Assembly: GCA_964490105.1 (NCBI GenBank)
Contig: CAZAZU010000002.1
Location: forward strand, 12,751 to 76,750
Direction: 5' to 3'
Source of the DNA: an uncultured Gammaproteobacteria bacterium
GTDB lineage: Bacteria > Patescibacteriota > Microgenomatia > Levybacterales > UBA12049
Length of the DNA: 64,000 bases
Position numbers and translations under genes: made by a program. Shown here in pieces: positions 44,550 through 54,290 of this stretch; within the stretch, counting starts at the first letter, position 1; each line of letters opens with the position of its first letter. A model generated the notes under the pieces. The model was not told where the DNA came from, made no database searches, and saw only the letters and a list, made by a program, of their open reading frames with translations.

Positions 44550-44645
44550 GTCACTTACCTAAGACAGCGGGCAATCAATAAGTCCTGCCGAGGATGTAAT
44601 AAGCTCAAATTGAGCGCATCAACACCTTAGGAGGGTGTTTTTTTT

Positions 44646-45383
44646 ATGGGAATAGTAAAACAAGCAGTAAAACATACTGGACGTGGGCGAAAAGAAGAAA
44701 TCGTAGCTGAATTAGTCGAGAAAATCGATAACTCTAAAGCTTTGGTTTTTACTGACTATCAAGGTCTTACTCATGTTCAGCTCGAAAGTCTTAAAAAAGA
44801 ACTTAAAAAAAATGACGCTACAATCATAATCGCTAAGAATAGTCTTCTTAAAATCTCTCTTGGTAAATCAAAAAACTACGCGGACTTTAAAGATAATGAG
44901 AGTCTAAATCTTCCAACAGCTACTCTTTTTATGCAGGGAGATTATGTAGAACCTCTTAAACAGCTCCAAAAAGCACTTAAAGATTTTGGGCTTCCAAAGA
45001 TAAAGTTTGGCATTTTAGAAGGCCAAGCTCTTGATGAAGCTCAGGTTATAAAAATAGCTTCACTACCAAATAGAGAAACACTTCTTACTCAGTTAGTTGG
45101 TGTTCTTAACTCCCCTATTCAGGGATTGGTTGTAACTCTTAATGGAACTATTCAAAAATTTGTAATGACACTTGGAGCAATTGCAGCAAATAAACCAGCG
45201 ACTCCAGCGGATGCCCCAGTCGCAGAAACAACAAGTGAAACACCAGCAGAATCTGCACCAACAGAGGAAACACCTAGTGAAATGGAAAATACAGAGCCTG
45301 CTCCTTCTGAGGCAAAAGAAGAACAAGCGACCGAAGATTCTACTTCCAATGAAAAACCTGAAGAACAAACTCAAAATCCTTAA
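44646..45383 (+). CDS. rplJ: 50S ribosomal protein L10 with ~70-aa acidic low-complexity C-terminal extension
   Basis: The N-terminal ~175 aa are L10-like (KEEIVAELVEKIDNSKALVFTDYQGLTHVQLESLKKEL...). Tail ATPADAPVAETTSETPAESAPTEETPSEMENTEPAPSEAKEE. Confidence 0.85.
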   Translation: MGIVKQAVKHTGRGRKEEIVAELVEKIDNSKALVFTDYQGLTHVQLESLKKELKKNDATIIIAKNSLLKISLGKSKNYADFKDNESLNLPTATLFMQGDYVEPLKQLQKALKDFGLPKIKFGILEGQALDEAQVIKIASLPNRETLLTQLVGVLNSPIQGLVVTLNGTIQKFVMTLGAIAANKPATPADAPVAETTSETPAESAPTEETPSEMENTEPAPSEAKEEQATEDSTSNEKPEEQTQNP

Positions 45384-45483
45384 GGATTTTGAAGAGGAGA
45401 AGCCGATGATAGGCTGAAGGTCCGATTCAATCGGACCGAAGGCGGAAAATCGAGCTTAGACGAGAAGGGGGTGAAATAATTAT

Positions 45484-45870
45484 ATGGCAAAAATAAGTAA
45501 AGATGATTTATTAGCAGCAGTTGAAGAAATGTCAGTTCTCGAACTCTCAGAATTAGTAAAAGCTCTAGAAGAAAAATTCGGAGTTAGTGCACAAGCTATG
45601 GTAGCTCAAGCTCCAGCAGCAGGCGCAGCTCCAGCAGCAGAAGCAGGAGAAGAACAGACCGTATTTAATGTTGTAATCGCATCAGGTGGCGCAAATAAAA
45701 TTTCTGTTATCAAAGCAGTTCGTGAGTTAGTCCCTACCCTTGGACTTAAAGAAGCTAAGGATTTAGTTGACGGAGCTCCAAAAGAAGTAATGACAGCAGT
45801 TAATAAGAAAACCGCTGATGAAGCAAAAGAGAAATTAACAGCAGCAGGTGCTACTGTTGAACTCAAGTAG
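45484..45870 (+). CDS. rplL: 50S ribosomal protein L7/L12
   Basis: [36 protein letters not shown], an Ala-rich hinge, and the C-terminal domain ...[14 protein letters not shown]...[14 protein letters not shown]. Confidence 0.9.
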   Translation: MAKISKDDLLAAVEEMSVLELSELVKALEEKFGVSAQAMVAQAPAAGAAPAAEAGEEQTVFNVVIASGGANKISVIKAVRELVPTLGLKEAKDLVDGAPKEVMTAVNKKTADEAKEKLTAAGATVELK

Positions 45871-45936
45871 GATTTAGGTTTATGATTTATGGCGATTTAG
45901 TCATAGATCGATATTCATAAATCCTAAATCTAAAAA

Positions 45937-45963
45937 CCGAAGCTTAAATGCTTCGGTTTTTTT
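45937..45963 (+). terminator. rho-independent terminator after rplL
   Basis: ccgaagc-ttaaat-gcttcgg followed by ttttttt. Confidence 0.7.
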
Positions 45964-46047
45964 ATGGAAAATTTATCCAAAGTTATCCCCTTTTGCGTTT
46001 TGGTTGATGAATCAATGAAAACTCCCCTTTTTAAGGCTTTTGGGGTA

Positions 46048-46108
46048 TTGACAAGATATGTACCAGTTTGTTATTTTGTACATAACAAGATGATATATTG
46101 ATTATCAT
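46048..46108 (+). promoter_or_regulatory. promoter (TTGACA-17-TTATTT) overlapped by two inverted repeats (candidate operator) upstream of the HTH gene
   Basis: IR1 ttgttat-tttgtac-ataacaa (46068-46088). IR2 atgata-tattgat-tatcat (46090-46108). Both lie between the -10 element and the start codon at 46127. Confidence 0.45.
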
Positions 46109-46126
46109 CAATACACTTACAAGGCT

Positions 46127-46336
46127 ATGGCTGATCAAAGCATATCAATATCTAACCTACCCGATCTTTTAACTGTTAGAGAAGCAGCCCAAGTTCTTAG
46201 AGTCTCCCCTTTAACTCTAAAAAGGTGGGGCAAAAGAGGAAAACTTCCAGCAATTAGAATTAACTCCCGAGGTGATCGCAGATACAGAAAAGAAGCAATT
46301 CTTTACCTCTTGGGAATTCAAGTTAAAGAAGACTAA
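46127..46336 (+). CDS. small helix-turn-helix DNA-binding protein (excisionase/MerR-type HTH)
   Basis: LTVREAAQVLRVSPLTLKRWGKRGKLPAIRI. 69 aa. Confidence 0.6.
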   Translation: MADQSISISNLPDLLTVREAAQVLRVSPLTLKRWGKRGKLPAIRINSRGDRRYRKEAILYLLGIQVKED

Positions 46337-47172
46337 ACGCTCTTCCAGTAGTCAGCCAGGTGCTGACTTTTTATTTTTTCAATATCAGGATTATCAAAAT
46401 GCTCTTTTATGAACTCAAAAGTCTCAAATGGAGCCTGAGTATTCACAGAAACCCCGGTCCCCACTTCAAATCCTCCTAAGATTTTTAGCCTTGGAATAAA
46501 TCTTAAATACCAGTTCTTCCCCGGATAAATATAAAAATTAAATGGAAAATCATGACCATGTCTTAAATCAAATATTTGAAGCAAGCGCCCTACAGCAAAA
46601 GCTAGTTCGTTTATCTCGAAATCTGTTGCATCACTAAAACTAGCATCGCTTTTATGAGGCGCTACCCAAACTTCATCAGGCCATTCTGAAGTGCCGGGAC
46701 AAAAAATATAAAGGTGCTTAAGATCTTTTTTTTCCTCCTGGGCTATATGCAGCTCTGGAATTTTTAACTCCACTTCCCGCGGAATAACTGTAAGCTGTGT
46801 GTGAGGATGCGGAAGGCTCTCTCCTGCCCTTTTTCCTTGATTATGGAATATATATACCTGCCCTTTATTTTTATGCTCCATAAATCTCCTTCTATAAACA
46901 TTAAATATATCCTCAGACATATGAACTGGCAGTTCATCAAAATTCTTATGATGATCATCAGAATGAATTATAATTTCGTGGATCGGAGCAAACGGATATT
47001 TATTTGGAACTACCCTAACTTGATTGAGAGTAAAAATTGGCTCTTCATGTCCCGGCTCAAAAGGACACGGAGGAAGAACTCCTTGGCTTTGATCAGGTCT
47101 CTTAGCACGTTTTGGAGCAGAAATAACCCACCCGCCAGTGGCAGGATTTTTAATAAACCTAAAATCGGGCAT
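46333..47172 (-). CDS. galactose-1-phosphate uridylyltransferase-like (GalT/HIT superfamily) protein
   Basis: Active-site LPHPHTQL (HPH.Q) and N-terminal Zn-site-like CPFEPGHE. 279 aa. Confidence 0.65.
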   Translation of the reverse strand: MPDFRFIKNPATGGWVISAPKRAKRPDQSQGVLPPCPFEPGHEEPIFTLNQVRVVPNKYPFAPIHEIIIHSDDHHKNFDELPVHMSEDIFNVYRRRFMEHKNKGQVYIFHNQGKRAGESLPHPHTQLTVIPREVELKIPELHIAQEEKKDLKHLYIFCPGTSEWPDEVWVAPHKSDASFSDATDFEINELAFAVGRLLQIFDLRHGHDFPFNFYIYPGKNWYLRFIPRLKILGGFEVGTGVSVNTQAPFETFEFIKEHFDNPDIEKIKSQHLADYWKSV

Positions 47173-47176
47173 ATTT

Positions 47177-48331
47177 TCAGTCTATAATTTTTTTATAGAC
47201 TTTTTCGTGTTCTTCTACCATTCTATCAATTGTAAAATTTTCTTCAACATGAATTCTACACGCCTCCCTCATCTTCCCATATTCGTCTTCATCCATAGAA
47301 AAAATTTTATTTATAGCTTCAGCCAAACCATCCGCGCCGGTTTTTTTAATTATCCATTTGCTCGACTTTCCCCTATCGTGCTCTACGATAAAACCTGTTA
47401 CTCCATCTTTTATAACTTCAGATACGCTTCCGTTATTAAAGGCTATAACTGGCGTCCCTGAGCTCATCGCTTCAATCATTACCATTCCAAAAGGCTCATT
47501 CCATAAAATTGGAAATAAAAGCGCTCTTGCTTCTCTTAAAAACTCATCTCTTTCTGCTTCTCCAAAAGACTTATCTTCTATTATTCCTTTTTTAAGCTCT
47601 GGCAAAATATTTTTTTGGTAATAAGGTAGCGCTCTATATGCATCATCTCCGACCATTCTTAGAGTTTTACCGGTTTTTTGAGCAGCATCAATCGCCTGAG
47701 TTACGCCTTTTTCTTTTATATACCTTCCAAGAAATGCTAAATAATCTCCTCCCGATCTTCCAAACTTAAATTTATTTATATCCACTCCGTGCCTAATTAC
47801 GCCTACGCTTTTTACAAGTCCTTTATAAGTTTCTAGCTGATTTTCGCTAATAAAAATATAATTATCTTTCTTAAAAGACTGAAGCCTTCTATATTCTAAG
47901 TGCTCCCGAAGAGGCCTTGGGTCATGAAGAGTATAAACAGTTGGAATTGGAACTAGCTTATTAACATAGTGAGCCATAAAATCGTGATAGGAATGCATTA
48001 TCTCCAGCTTTTTTTTCTGAGCGTGTTCATAAGCTTTTACTGATAAATCAATCTCATATTCTGTCCTGGTAGCGACGTGAGCATTTTTTAGCTTTGTTAT
48101 TCGATCAAGTCCTCTAAATTTAGGACTAATAAAATCTTTATCTATGTAATGAGTATCACCTGGAATAAGTCGCGCTTTTGTTTTAGTATTTTCTGAAGCA
48201 TAAACATAAACCTCGTGCCCTCTTTGCACCAAACCGTCAGCAAGATGAATAAATAATTCTTTAGGGGCAAAAATCTTATCCTTATATTTGCTGCCCATAT
48301 AAACTGATGGAAGAAGAAGTCCTATTTTCAC
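47177..48331 (-). CDS. GT4 family glycosyltransferase
   Basis: EPFGMVMIEAMSSGTPVIAFNNGSVSEVIKDGVTGFIV (E.7E region). Confidence 0.8.
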   Translation of the reverse strand: MKIGLLLPSVYMGSKYKDKIFAPKELFIHLADGLVQRGHEVYVYASENTKTKARLIPGDTHYIDKDFISPKFRGLDRITKLKNAHVATRTEYEIDLSVKAYEHAQKKKLEIMHSYHDFMAHYVNKLVPIPTVYTLHDPRPLREHLEYRRLQSFKKDNYIFISENQLETYKGLVKSVGVIRHGVDINKFKFGRSGGDYLAFLGRYIKEKGVTQAIDAAQKTGKTLRMVGDDAYRALPYYQKNILPELKKGIIEDKSFGEAERDEFLREARALLFPILWNEPFGMVMIEAMSSGTPVIAFNNGSVSEVIKDGVTGFIVEHDRGKSSKWIIKKTGADGLAEAINKIFSMDEDEYGKMREACRIHVEENFTIDRMVEEHEKVYKKIID

Positions 48332-49419
48332 TTGGCAGTTACCTCACTGTAAACTGACTCATAATTATTAACCATATTTTCAATCGAGAAATTATCTAAA
48401 ATATGCGCCCGGCAATCTTTGGAACTTATAGAAGCCAGTTTGTCCATGGCCTCAACTAAACCGTCCACGCCTCTTGAAGGATCCACCACAAAACCAGTCA
48501 CGCTGTCCTTAATAACTTCAGAAACTGCACCGCGGTTAAAACCTATCACTGGAGTACCACAGCTCATAGCTTCAGCCATAACAAGACCAAATGGCTCATT
48601 CCAGTTAATAGTCATTAAAAATACTTTTGCTCTTTGCATGATCTTAATAACATCTGCTCTTTCTAATTTTTGCTCAGGAGAGATTGGCCCGTACCATCTA
48701 ATATTATCTCCAAGATTTGGCTTAATTTCTTTATCATAAAACTCCTGATCCTCTACACTTCCGGAAATTAAAAGCTTCTGTCCTGTCGCTTTGGCAAGTT
48801 TTATAGCCCAAGTTACACCCTTTGGATCTAGAAATGATCCATCATTCTTCTTAGCCTTAGAAAGACGGCCAAGCCACAACATGTAATCTTCATTCCCCTC
48901 TGAATAAGCATAAGTATTTGTGTCTACGCCGTTATAAACGCATTTTATAAATTTAGCTTTTTTAAATTCAGACATATGAGCCTTTGAGATTGAAATTAAC
49001 TTTGCATCGGGAAAAGCTGACAGTACGTCGTCCAGTTCTGGTGTTGCCTGAGCATGAACAGTTGTCACCATCGGAGTTTTTGTGCCTGATATAGCCATAA
49101 GATTTATAAATTCAGGGTAAGTGTGGTTATGAATAATGTCGAAATCATTTCCAATTTCTTCAATTTTCCGAGACATTCTCACAAGATGTGAAGTTTCCGC
49201 ATAAAATGGATTCTCCGCTTTTGGCAGATCCACAAAAGATTTTGGAATGATTGGAATAATTCTAACTCCATCAATAGCACTATCCCCTGTTCCGAGAAGA
49301 GAGACTTCATGGCCCTTTTTAACTAAACCTGAAGCTAATTGATAAATAATTCGCGACCTTGAAGCCGAAACATCTTCAGCTACCCTTCTTTTTAAAACTG
49401 AGGCAAGTAAAATTTTCAT
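48328..49419 (-). CDS. GT4 family glycosyltransferase
   Basis: EPFGLVMAEAMSCGTPVIGFNRGAVSEVIKDSVTGFVV. Confidence 0.8.
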   Translation of the reverse strand: MKILLASVLKRRVAEDVSASRSRIIYQLASGLVKKGHEVSLLGTGDSAIDGVRIIPIIPKSFVDLPKAENPFYAETSHLVRMSRKIEEIGNDFDIIHNHTYPEFINLMAISGTKTPMVTTVHAQATPELDDVLSAFPDAKLISISKAHMSEFKKAKFIKCVYNGVDTNTYAYSEGNEDYMLWLGRLSKAKKNDGSFLDPKGVTWAIKLAKATGQKLLISGSVEDQEFYDKEIKPNLGDNIRWYGPISPEQKLERADVIKIMQRAKVFLMTINWNEPFGLVMAEAMSCGTPVIGFNRGAVSEVIKDSVTGFVVDPSRGVDGLVEAMDKLASISSKDCRAHILDNFSIENMVNNYESVYSEVTAK

Positions 49420-50759
49420 ACTACCCTCGCCGTCTCCACATGCTGACCTGGCATTCTTCTTTTAGTCATAATGACTCTTAATTTTTCTCTCAGGTCGTCA
49501 AACTCTTCTTTCGGCATTCCAGTTAAATCTGTGTTTGAAATCTTAGTAAAATCTAAACCTGCACGACTAAACACCTCAGTTGCTGACTCAGAATATCTTT
49601 GGTCAGAGGATAATCTCTGTACGGTTCTTTGTAAAACTCTTGGATCTTCAACAATTCCGATAAATCCAATCCAATATGTTAAGTATCCTGGATCCTGAAG
49701 AGCCTCATCAAACTCCGTTTCATTAGAAGCTTTTTTCGCTAGTTCTTCATTCTCTGGACTATTCATCCAATCCAATATTTCTTGATAACTGTCTTTGGAC
49801 CCCGCCGGTTTAACTTCTCCGGTTTTTGTATTTGTCACATTTATTCCTTCTCTTCTCTGATTAACTGCATCAAGTCTCGATTGCTGAAGCGCTTGAGCAG
49901 ATTCACTCTGGAAAGTTTCATCCCCGGTAAATAAGAAGCCTATTCTTTCAGTGCGCGGGACATGAAAATCTGAACCCAAGCCAGAAGCTACACCACTTTC
50001 TAATACTTGGGGATTAAGATTAATCGCGTTTGCAAAATTCTCAAGAGTATTTTTAGATCTATCTTCAGTTAAGATTGCGTCTTCGATCGGCCGTCCATAT
50101 TTTTCTTGATAAAGTCTCCCAAACCTTCTTACTATGATATCTCGCATAAGCTGTGCTTCTGAAGGCCATGCTTCCATTCGCGCAGGTGACAATTTTTCTT
50201 TAGCCCAGTCAGGAATTGTTCTTCCTCCAGTTAAGAGAGCTTTTTCTGAATGACCTGATAACACAGCAAAACCAGCCATTATCCCATTCTGCCTACCCCA
50301 CCTATTAAGCCCAAATCTTCCCTGATTCTGAAGCTCAATCATCCTTGTTTCAATTTCTTCAGAAGTTGGTCCCTTTAAAAGCTTACCCATTCTTGCTTCG
50401 ACTTCTTCCAGGCTTAACCCTTGTTTTTCAAGTTCAATTCTTTTCGAATCAGCTTGATTTGGATCTAAAGGCATTAGGCTTCGAGCTTGCTCTCCTTCTA
50501 AAATTCTAAAATCAGGTTCATTTGAATGAAGCGGATCCTTTTTAAACTTATCCCACTGCTCAAGTCTTTGCGCATCTGCTTCAATTTCCGAATTAAAATC
50601 TTCACGTCTAAAAAGGGGTTTTACCGGACCCTGTCCAAAAACTATTAAAAGATCCTTTGGCTGCGGTGCGCCAACAGCTTCAACACTTCTAACTGGAGAT
50701 TCAACGGTAGGAATATCTACTTGCGGCCGGACATCCTGTGGAGGCATAATATCAGCCAT
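49416..50759 (-). CDS. DUF218 (YdcF/ElyC/SanA-like) domain protein with long N-terminal extension
   Basis: LTGGRT...RSKNTLENFANAI matches the DUF218 S.NT.EN signature. No TM. Confidence 0.45.
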   Translation of the reverse strand: MADIMPPQDVRPQVDIPTVESPVRSVEAVGAPQPKDLLIVFGQGPVKPLFRREDFNSEIEADAQRLEQWDKFKKDPLHSNEPDFRILEGEQARSLMPLDPNQADSKRIELEKQGLSLEEVEARMGKLLKGPTSEEIETRMIELQNQGRFGLNRWGRQNGIMAGFAVLSGHSEKALLTGGRTIPDWAKEKLSPARMEAWPSEAQLMRDIIVRRFGRLYQEKYGRPIEDAILTEDRSKNTLENFANAINLNPQVLESGVASGLGSDFHVPRTERIGFLFTGDETFQSESAQALQQSRLDAVNQRREGINVTNTKTGEVKPAGSKDSYQEILDWMNSPENEELAKKASNETEFDEALQDPGYLTYWIGFIGIVEDPRVLQRTVQRLSSDQRYSESATEVFSRAGLDFTKISNTDLTGMPKEEFDDLREKLRVIMTKRRMPGQHVETARVV

Positions 50760-50780
50760 TAAATAAATGATATAGTTATT

Positions 50781-52034
50781 TTACGGTCTTCGCAACATAG
50801 GAAGTTTTAGTCCGCGGTTTTCATTTTTCCCAGCACCCTTAACTACAGCCATATATTCTGAGGTGGAATATGTAAACTTTTTATAAATTTCTTCAAATTG
50901 TGAAGCTATTTTCTCCCATGTAAACTTATCATCAACTGTTTTTCTCGCATTCCTAGCTGCCTTCTCTCTTAAGGCGTCGTCTGAAAGAAGCAAATTAACT
51001 TTATCTGCTATCTCCTTGCTATTTCTAGCGCGCACAAAAAATCCATTTTCTCCGTCTTTTATAACAGAAAGCATTCCGCCTTTTCTCGTAGCTACTACTG
51101 GAGTACGCGCCGCCATAGCTTCAAGAATTGTAAGGCCAAAAGGCTCATCCCAAACACTTGGCGATACATACACATCAGCTCTTTCATAAAACGCATGGAA
51201 AAGCGCAGACTTAGCCGGATTTATGTAGCCCACCATAATTACATTTTTAAGCCCTAGATCTTTTATTTGTTTTTCTAAATTTTCCTTATCTACTCCTCCG
51301 CCAACTATAACAACAGTTCCTTTTATTTTTTTAGCAGCATTAATTAAATACTTAACACCCTTATTTACAGTTAGTCTTCCTGTATAGAGAACCACCTTCT
51401 TGTCTTTTAGTCCATATTTTTTATCAATTTCTGATATATATTTATCATTTGCTTCATAGTTTGATATCTTTACACCCCCCATTATTACTTTTGTCTTAGG
51501 CTTGAGCTTTGCACCAAACATATCCAAATAATTTCCCCTCGTATACTCACTCACGGCAGTTATATATCTGGCAATTGCATTTGAATCATTTATAAGACCT
51601 ATGAACCTCTTATCTTGATTCAGATATTCAAGATCACTTCCATGCGTAGTAATAATGTATTTGATTCCAAATAAGACCTTAAGCACGCGTGCGATTCCTG
51701 GGAGAAAAGCAGTATGGAAAACATGGATTATTTCAGGATTAAAATCTGCCGTAGCGTCGATACTAGTTTTTAGATAGGCATTAAAGATATTTCCGAGCTC
51801 CTGTCCGTTCATGTCAAAGAATCTTTTTCCCTTTGGCCATTCAGGATGACTGACAAAAACCCCATCTTGAGGAGAATTAACCACATAATGCTTCACACCT
51901 GGAAGCTTTCTTTTATCCGGAGCCACAATTGCTACCTCATGTCCCCTTTTAGACATCTCTGCTGTTAGCTCTCTAAGGAATGCTCCACTCCCATTTCCCC
52001 AAAGCGGAAACATATAAAGGTAAAGAATTTTCAT
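50781..52034 (-). CDS. GT4 family glycosyltransferase
   Basis: DEPFGLTILEAMAARTPVVATRKGGMLSVIKDGENGFFV. Confidence 0.8.
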   Translation of the reverse strand: MKILYLYMFPLWGNGSGAFLRELTAEMSKRGHEVAIVAPDKRKLPGVKHYVVNSPQDGVFVSHPEWPKGKRFFDMNGQELGNIFNAYLKTSIDATADFNPEIIHVFHTAFLPGIARVLKVLFGIKYIITTHGSDLEYLNQDKRFIGLINDSNAIARYITAVSEYTRGNYLDMFGAKLKPKTKVIMGGVKISNYEANDKYISEIDKKYGLKDKKVVLYTGRLTVNKGVKYLINAAKKIKGTVVIVGGGVDKENLEKQIKDLGLKNVIMVGYINPAKSALFHAFYERADVYVSPSVWDEPFGLTILEAMAARTPVVATRKGGMLSVIKDGENGFFVRARNSKEIADKVNLLLSDDALREKAARNARKTVDDKFTWEKIASQFEEIYKKFTYSTSEYMAVVKGAGKNENRGLKLPMLRRP

Positions 52035-52060
52035 AGATCGGAATTATAACATATTCTATA

Positions 52061-52822
52061 CTATTTTAGCTTCTCGCGTAGAACCTGGAAGACAAATTTT
52101 ACAAGCGCAAATTGCCTTTTTATTCGCCAAGGTTGAATTATTAACCTAAACAACCATTCAAGGCCAATATTTCTAACAAAAAGAGGCGCACGAATTACTC
52201 TTCCTGAAATAAAATCAAAAGCTCCCCCAACTCCTATAAAAACTCTTGCGTCAATTTCTTTCATATGATCATATATCCATTTTTCCTGTTTTGGAGACCC
52301 AAACGCTACAAATAAAATGTCACACTTTAGGCGAGAATTATGAATTATGGGTTCTGAATTATGAGTAGATGAACTTAACTCTTGATTCTTAATTCTTGAT
52401 TCATCTTTTGGCCACTCCTCCAAAGCAAAAGCTACCTTAAGCTCTGGGTATTTTTTCGTTAAGCAGTCTACTGTTCTCTGTGCCACGTTTTCTGATCCAC
52501 CTAAAAAGCCTACCGTTATAGGCTTTTCTGCTACCTCTTTTGCTAAGACATCGACCAAATCAACACCATGCACCCTACCCTTAAAGCTTTTACCAAACAT
52601 ATTACCTGCCCATATGATACCTATACCATCTGCCAAGGCTAAATCTGCTGATTTTAAAACCTTTTCATACTCCGCATCTTTCAATGCAAGCATAGCGATT
52701 TCCGGATTAACCGTTATGATAAAAGTCTTTTTATCACTTTTTTGTGATTTTTCAACTACATACTCTAGGGCTTCCTTAAAACTAAGACTTTCTATTTTAA
52801 AAATTATGTCTTTAATTTTCAT
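52061..52822 (-). CDS. WecB/TagA/CpsF family (GT26) glycosyltransferase
   Basis: LALADGIGIIWAGNMFG...VHGVDLV...GFLGGSENVAQRTVDCLTKKYPELKV... Contains an extra Ser-rich insert. Confidence 0.7.
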   Translation of the reverse strand: MKIKDIIFKIESLSFKEALEYVVEKSQKSDKKTFIITVNPEIAMLALKDAEYEKVLKSADLALADGIGIIWAGNMFGKSFKGRVHGVDLVDVLAKEVAEKPITVGFLGGSENVAQRTVDCLTKKYPELKVAFALEEWPKDESRIKNQELSSSTHNSEPIIHNSRLKCDILFVAFGSPKQEKWIYDHMKEIDARVFIGVGGAFDFISGRVIRAPLFVRNIGLEWLFRLIIQPWRIKRQFALVKFVFQVLREKLK

Positions 52823-53065
52823 ATTAATTTATTCCCACTATAAGACTTGCTAATCAACGATCTAATCTCTGATCAAATGAATTATGGGTATAGTAGTTAC
52901 TCAAGTTTTGGCTTCGAATTAAAGATACTGAGGCTGATTGTATGTTAAGACTATTTCTAACTGGTTCTATAAAACTATAGACAGCTATTTTTGTGAAAAA
53001 AAATCTATTTTTGCTTGATTTCGTAGGTTCTTCCATATATAGATTAAATACTCTAGGTCAAATAT

Positions 53066-54082
53066 CTATTTTCTCGAAATACTACGCTTGTAAAGCTCTA
53101 TGTTTTCCAAAGCTACACCTGTCCCCCTGACAACACATAAAAGCGCGTCTTCAGCCACATGACAAGGAACACCAGTTTGCTTTGTCATAAGCTTATCAAA
53201 GTTATGAAGGAGCGATGTTCCTCCGCTCATAACAATTCCCTTATCAATGATATCACTTGCAAGCTCTGGGGGAGTTTTTTCCAATACTCCCTTAACCCCA
53301 TGAATAATTTCATTTAATGCCGGCATGACAGCCTCATTAATTTGCTCCTGAGTAAGTTCAATAGTTCTCGGAAGACCGGTAATACTATCTCTTCCTCTGA
53401 TCTCCATTTTCTTTTCATTTGCTTCTTTTCTATCTTCAACCAAGGCTGTTCCTATTTCGATTTTTATCTCCTCCGCGGTCCTTTCTCCAATTAAAAGGTT
53501 AAATTTCTTTTTCGTGTAGTTTGAAATAGCCTCATCTATCTTATTTCCTCCCATTCTCACCGAATCGTGCACTACAACTCCTCCCAAAGAAATTACTGCA
53601 ATTTCAGTGGAACCTCCACCCATATCTACAACCATGTGACCCGCAGGCTGAGCGATCGGAATTTTTGCTCCAATTGCAGCTGCCAATGGCTCATCAATTA
53701 AGTAAGCGACTTTTGCTCCTGCTGACATTGTGGCATCCAAGACTGCGCGGCGCTCAACCTGAGTCACACCTGAAGGAATACAAACCATTACTTCTGGCTT
53801 GAAAAATCTGGAAGCACCTGTCGCTTTGTCTATAAAATATGAAAGCATAGCTTCAGTTATGGTGTAATCAGCTATAACTCCATCCCGAAGGGGTCTCATC
53901 GCGACTATATTTCCAGGAGTCCTGCCCAGCATCTCCTTAGCTTCTTTACCTACAGCTACGACCTTATTCTCTTCAGCCGTTACAGCTACAACCGTAGGCT
54001 CATTTATTACAATTCCTTCACCACCAAGATATACAAGTGTGTTTGCTGTCCCGAGATCAATTGCGATTCTTTTCGATAACAT
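53066..54082 (-). CDS. mreB: rod shape-determining protein MreB (copy 2, canonical length)
   Basis: RIAIDLGTANTLVYLGGEGIVINEPTVVAV, DMGGGSTEIAVISL. 338 aa. Confidence 0.85.
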   Translation of the reverse strand: MLSKRIAIDLGTANTLVYLGGEGIVINEPTVVAVTAEENKVVAVGKEAKEMLGRTPGNIVAMRPLRDGVIADYTITEAMLSYFIDKATGASRFFKPEVMVCIPSGVTQVERRAVLDATMSAGAKVAYLIDEPLAAAIGAKIPIAQPAGHMVVDMGGGSTEIAVISLGGVVVHDSVRMGGNKIDEAISNYTKKKFNLLIGERTAEEIKIEIGTALVEDRKEANEKKMEIRGRDSITGLPRTIELTQEQINEAVMPALNEIIHGVKGVLEKTPPELASDIIDKGIVMSGGTSLLHNFDKLMTKQTGVPCHVAEDALLCVVRGTGVALENIELYKRSISRK

Positions 54083-54290
54083 ACTCTTAATATATCAACA
54101 TTTAATCCTCTGTTTGAATAAAAGTTGAAGTAAGCTCAAAAAATTTACTTTTAAAAGCAGATAACTGCATCTTAATAGTAATTTAGTAGATCAAATTTAG
54201 CTTTGAGCTAAAATCCATTATAACACCCATAAGTTAACTTGCAACATATATTAAGTAAATCGTATAATCTCATTTAGTAGGAGAAATTCT

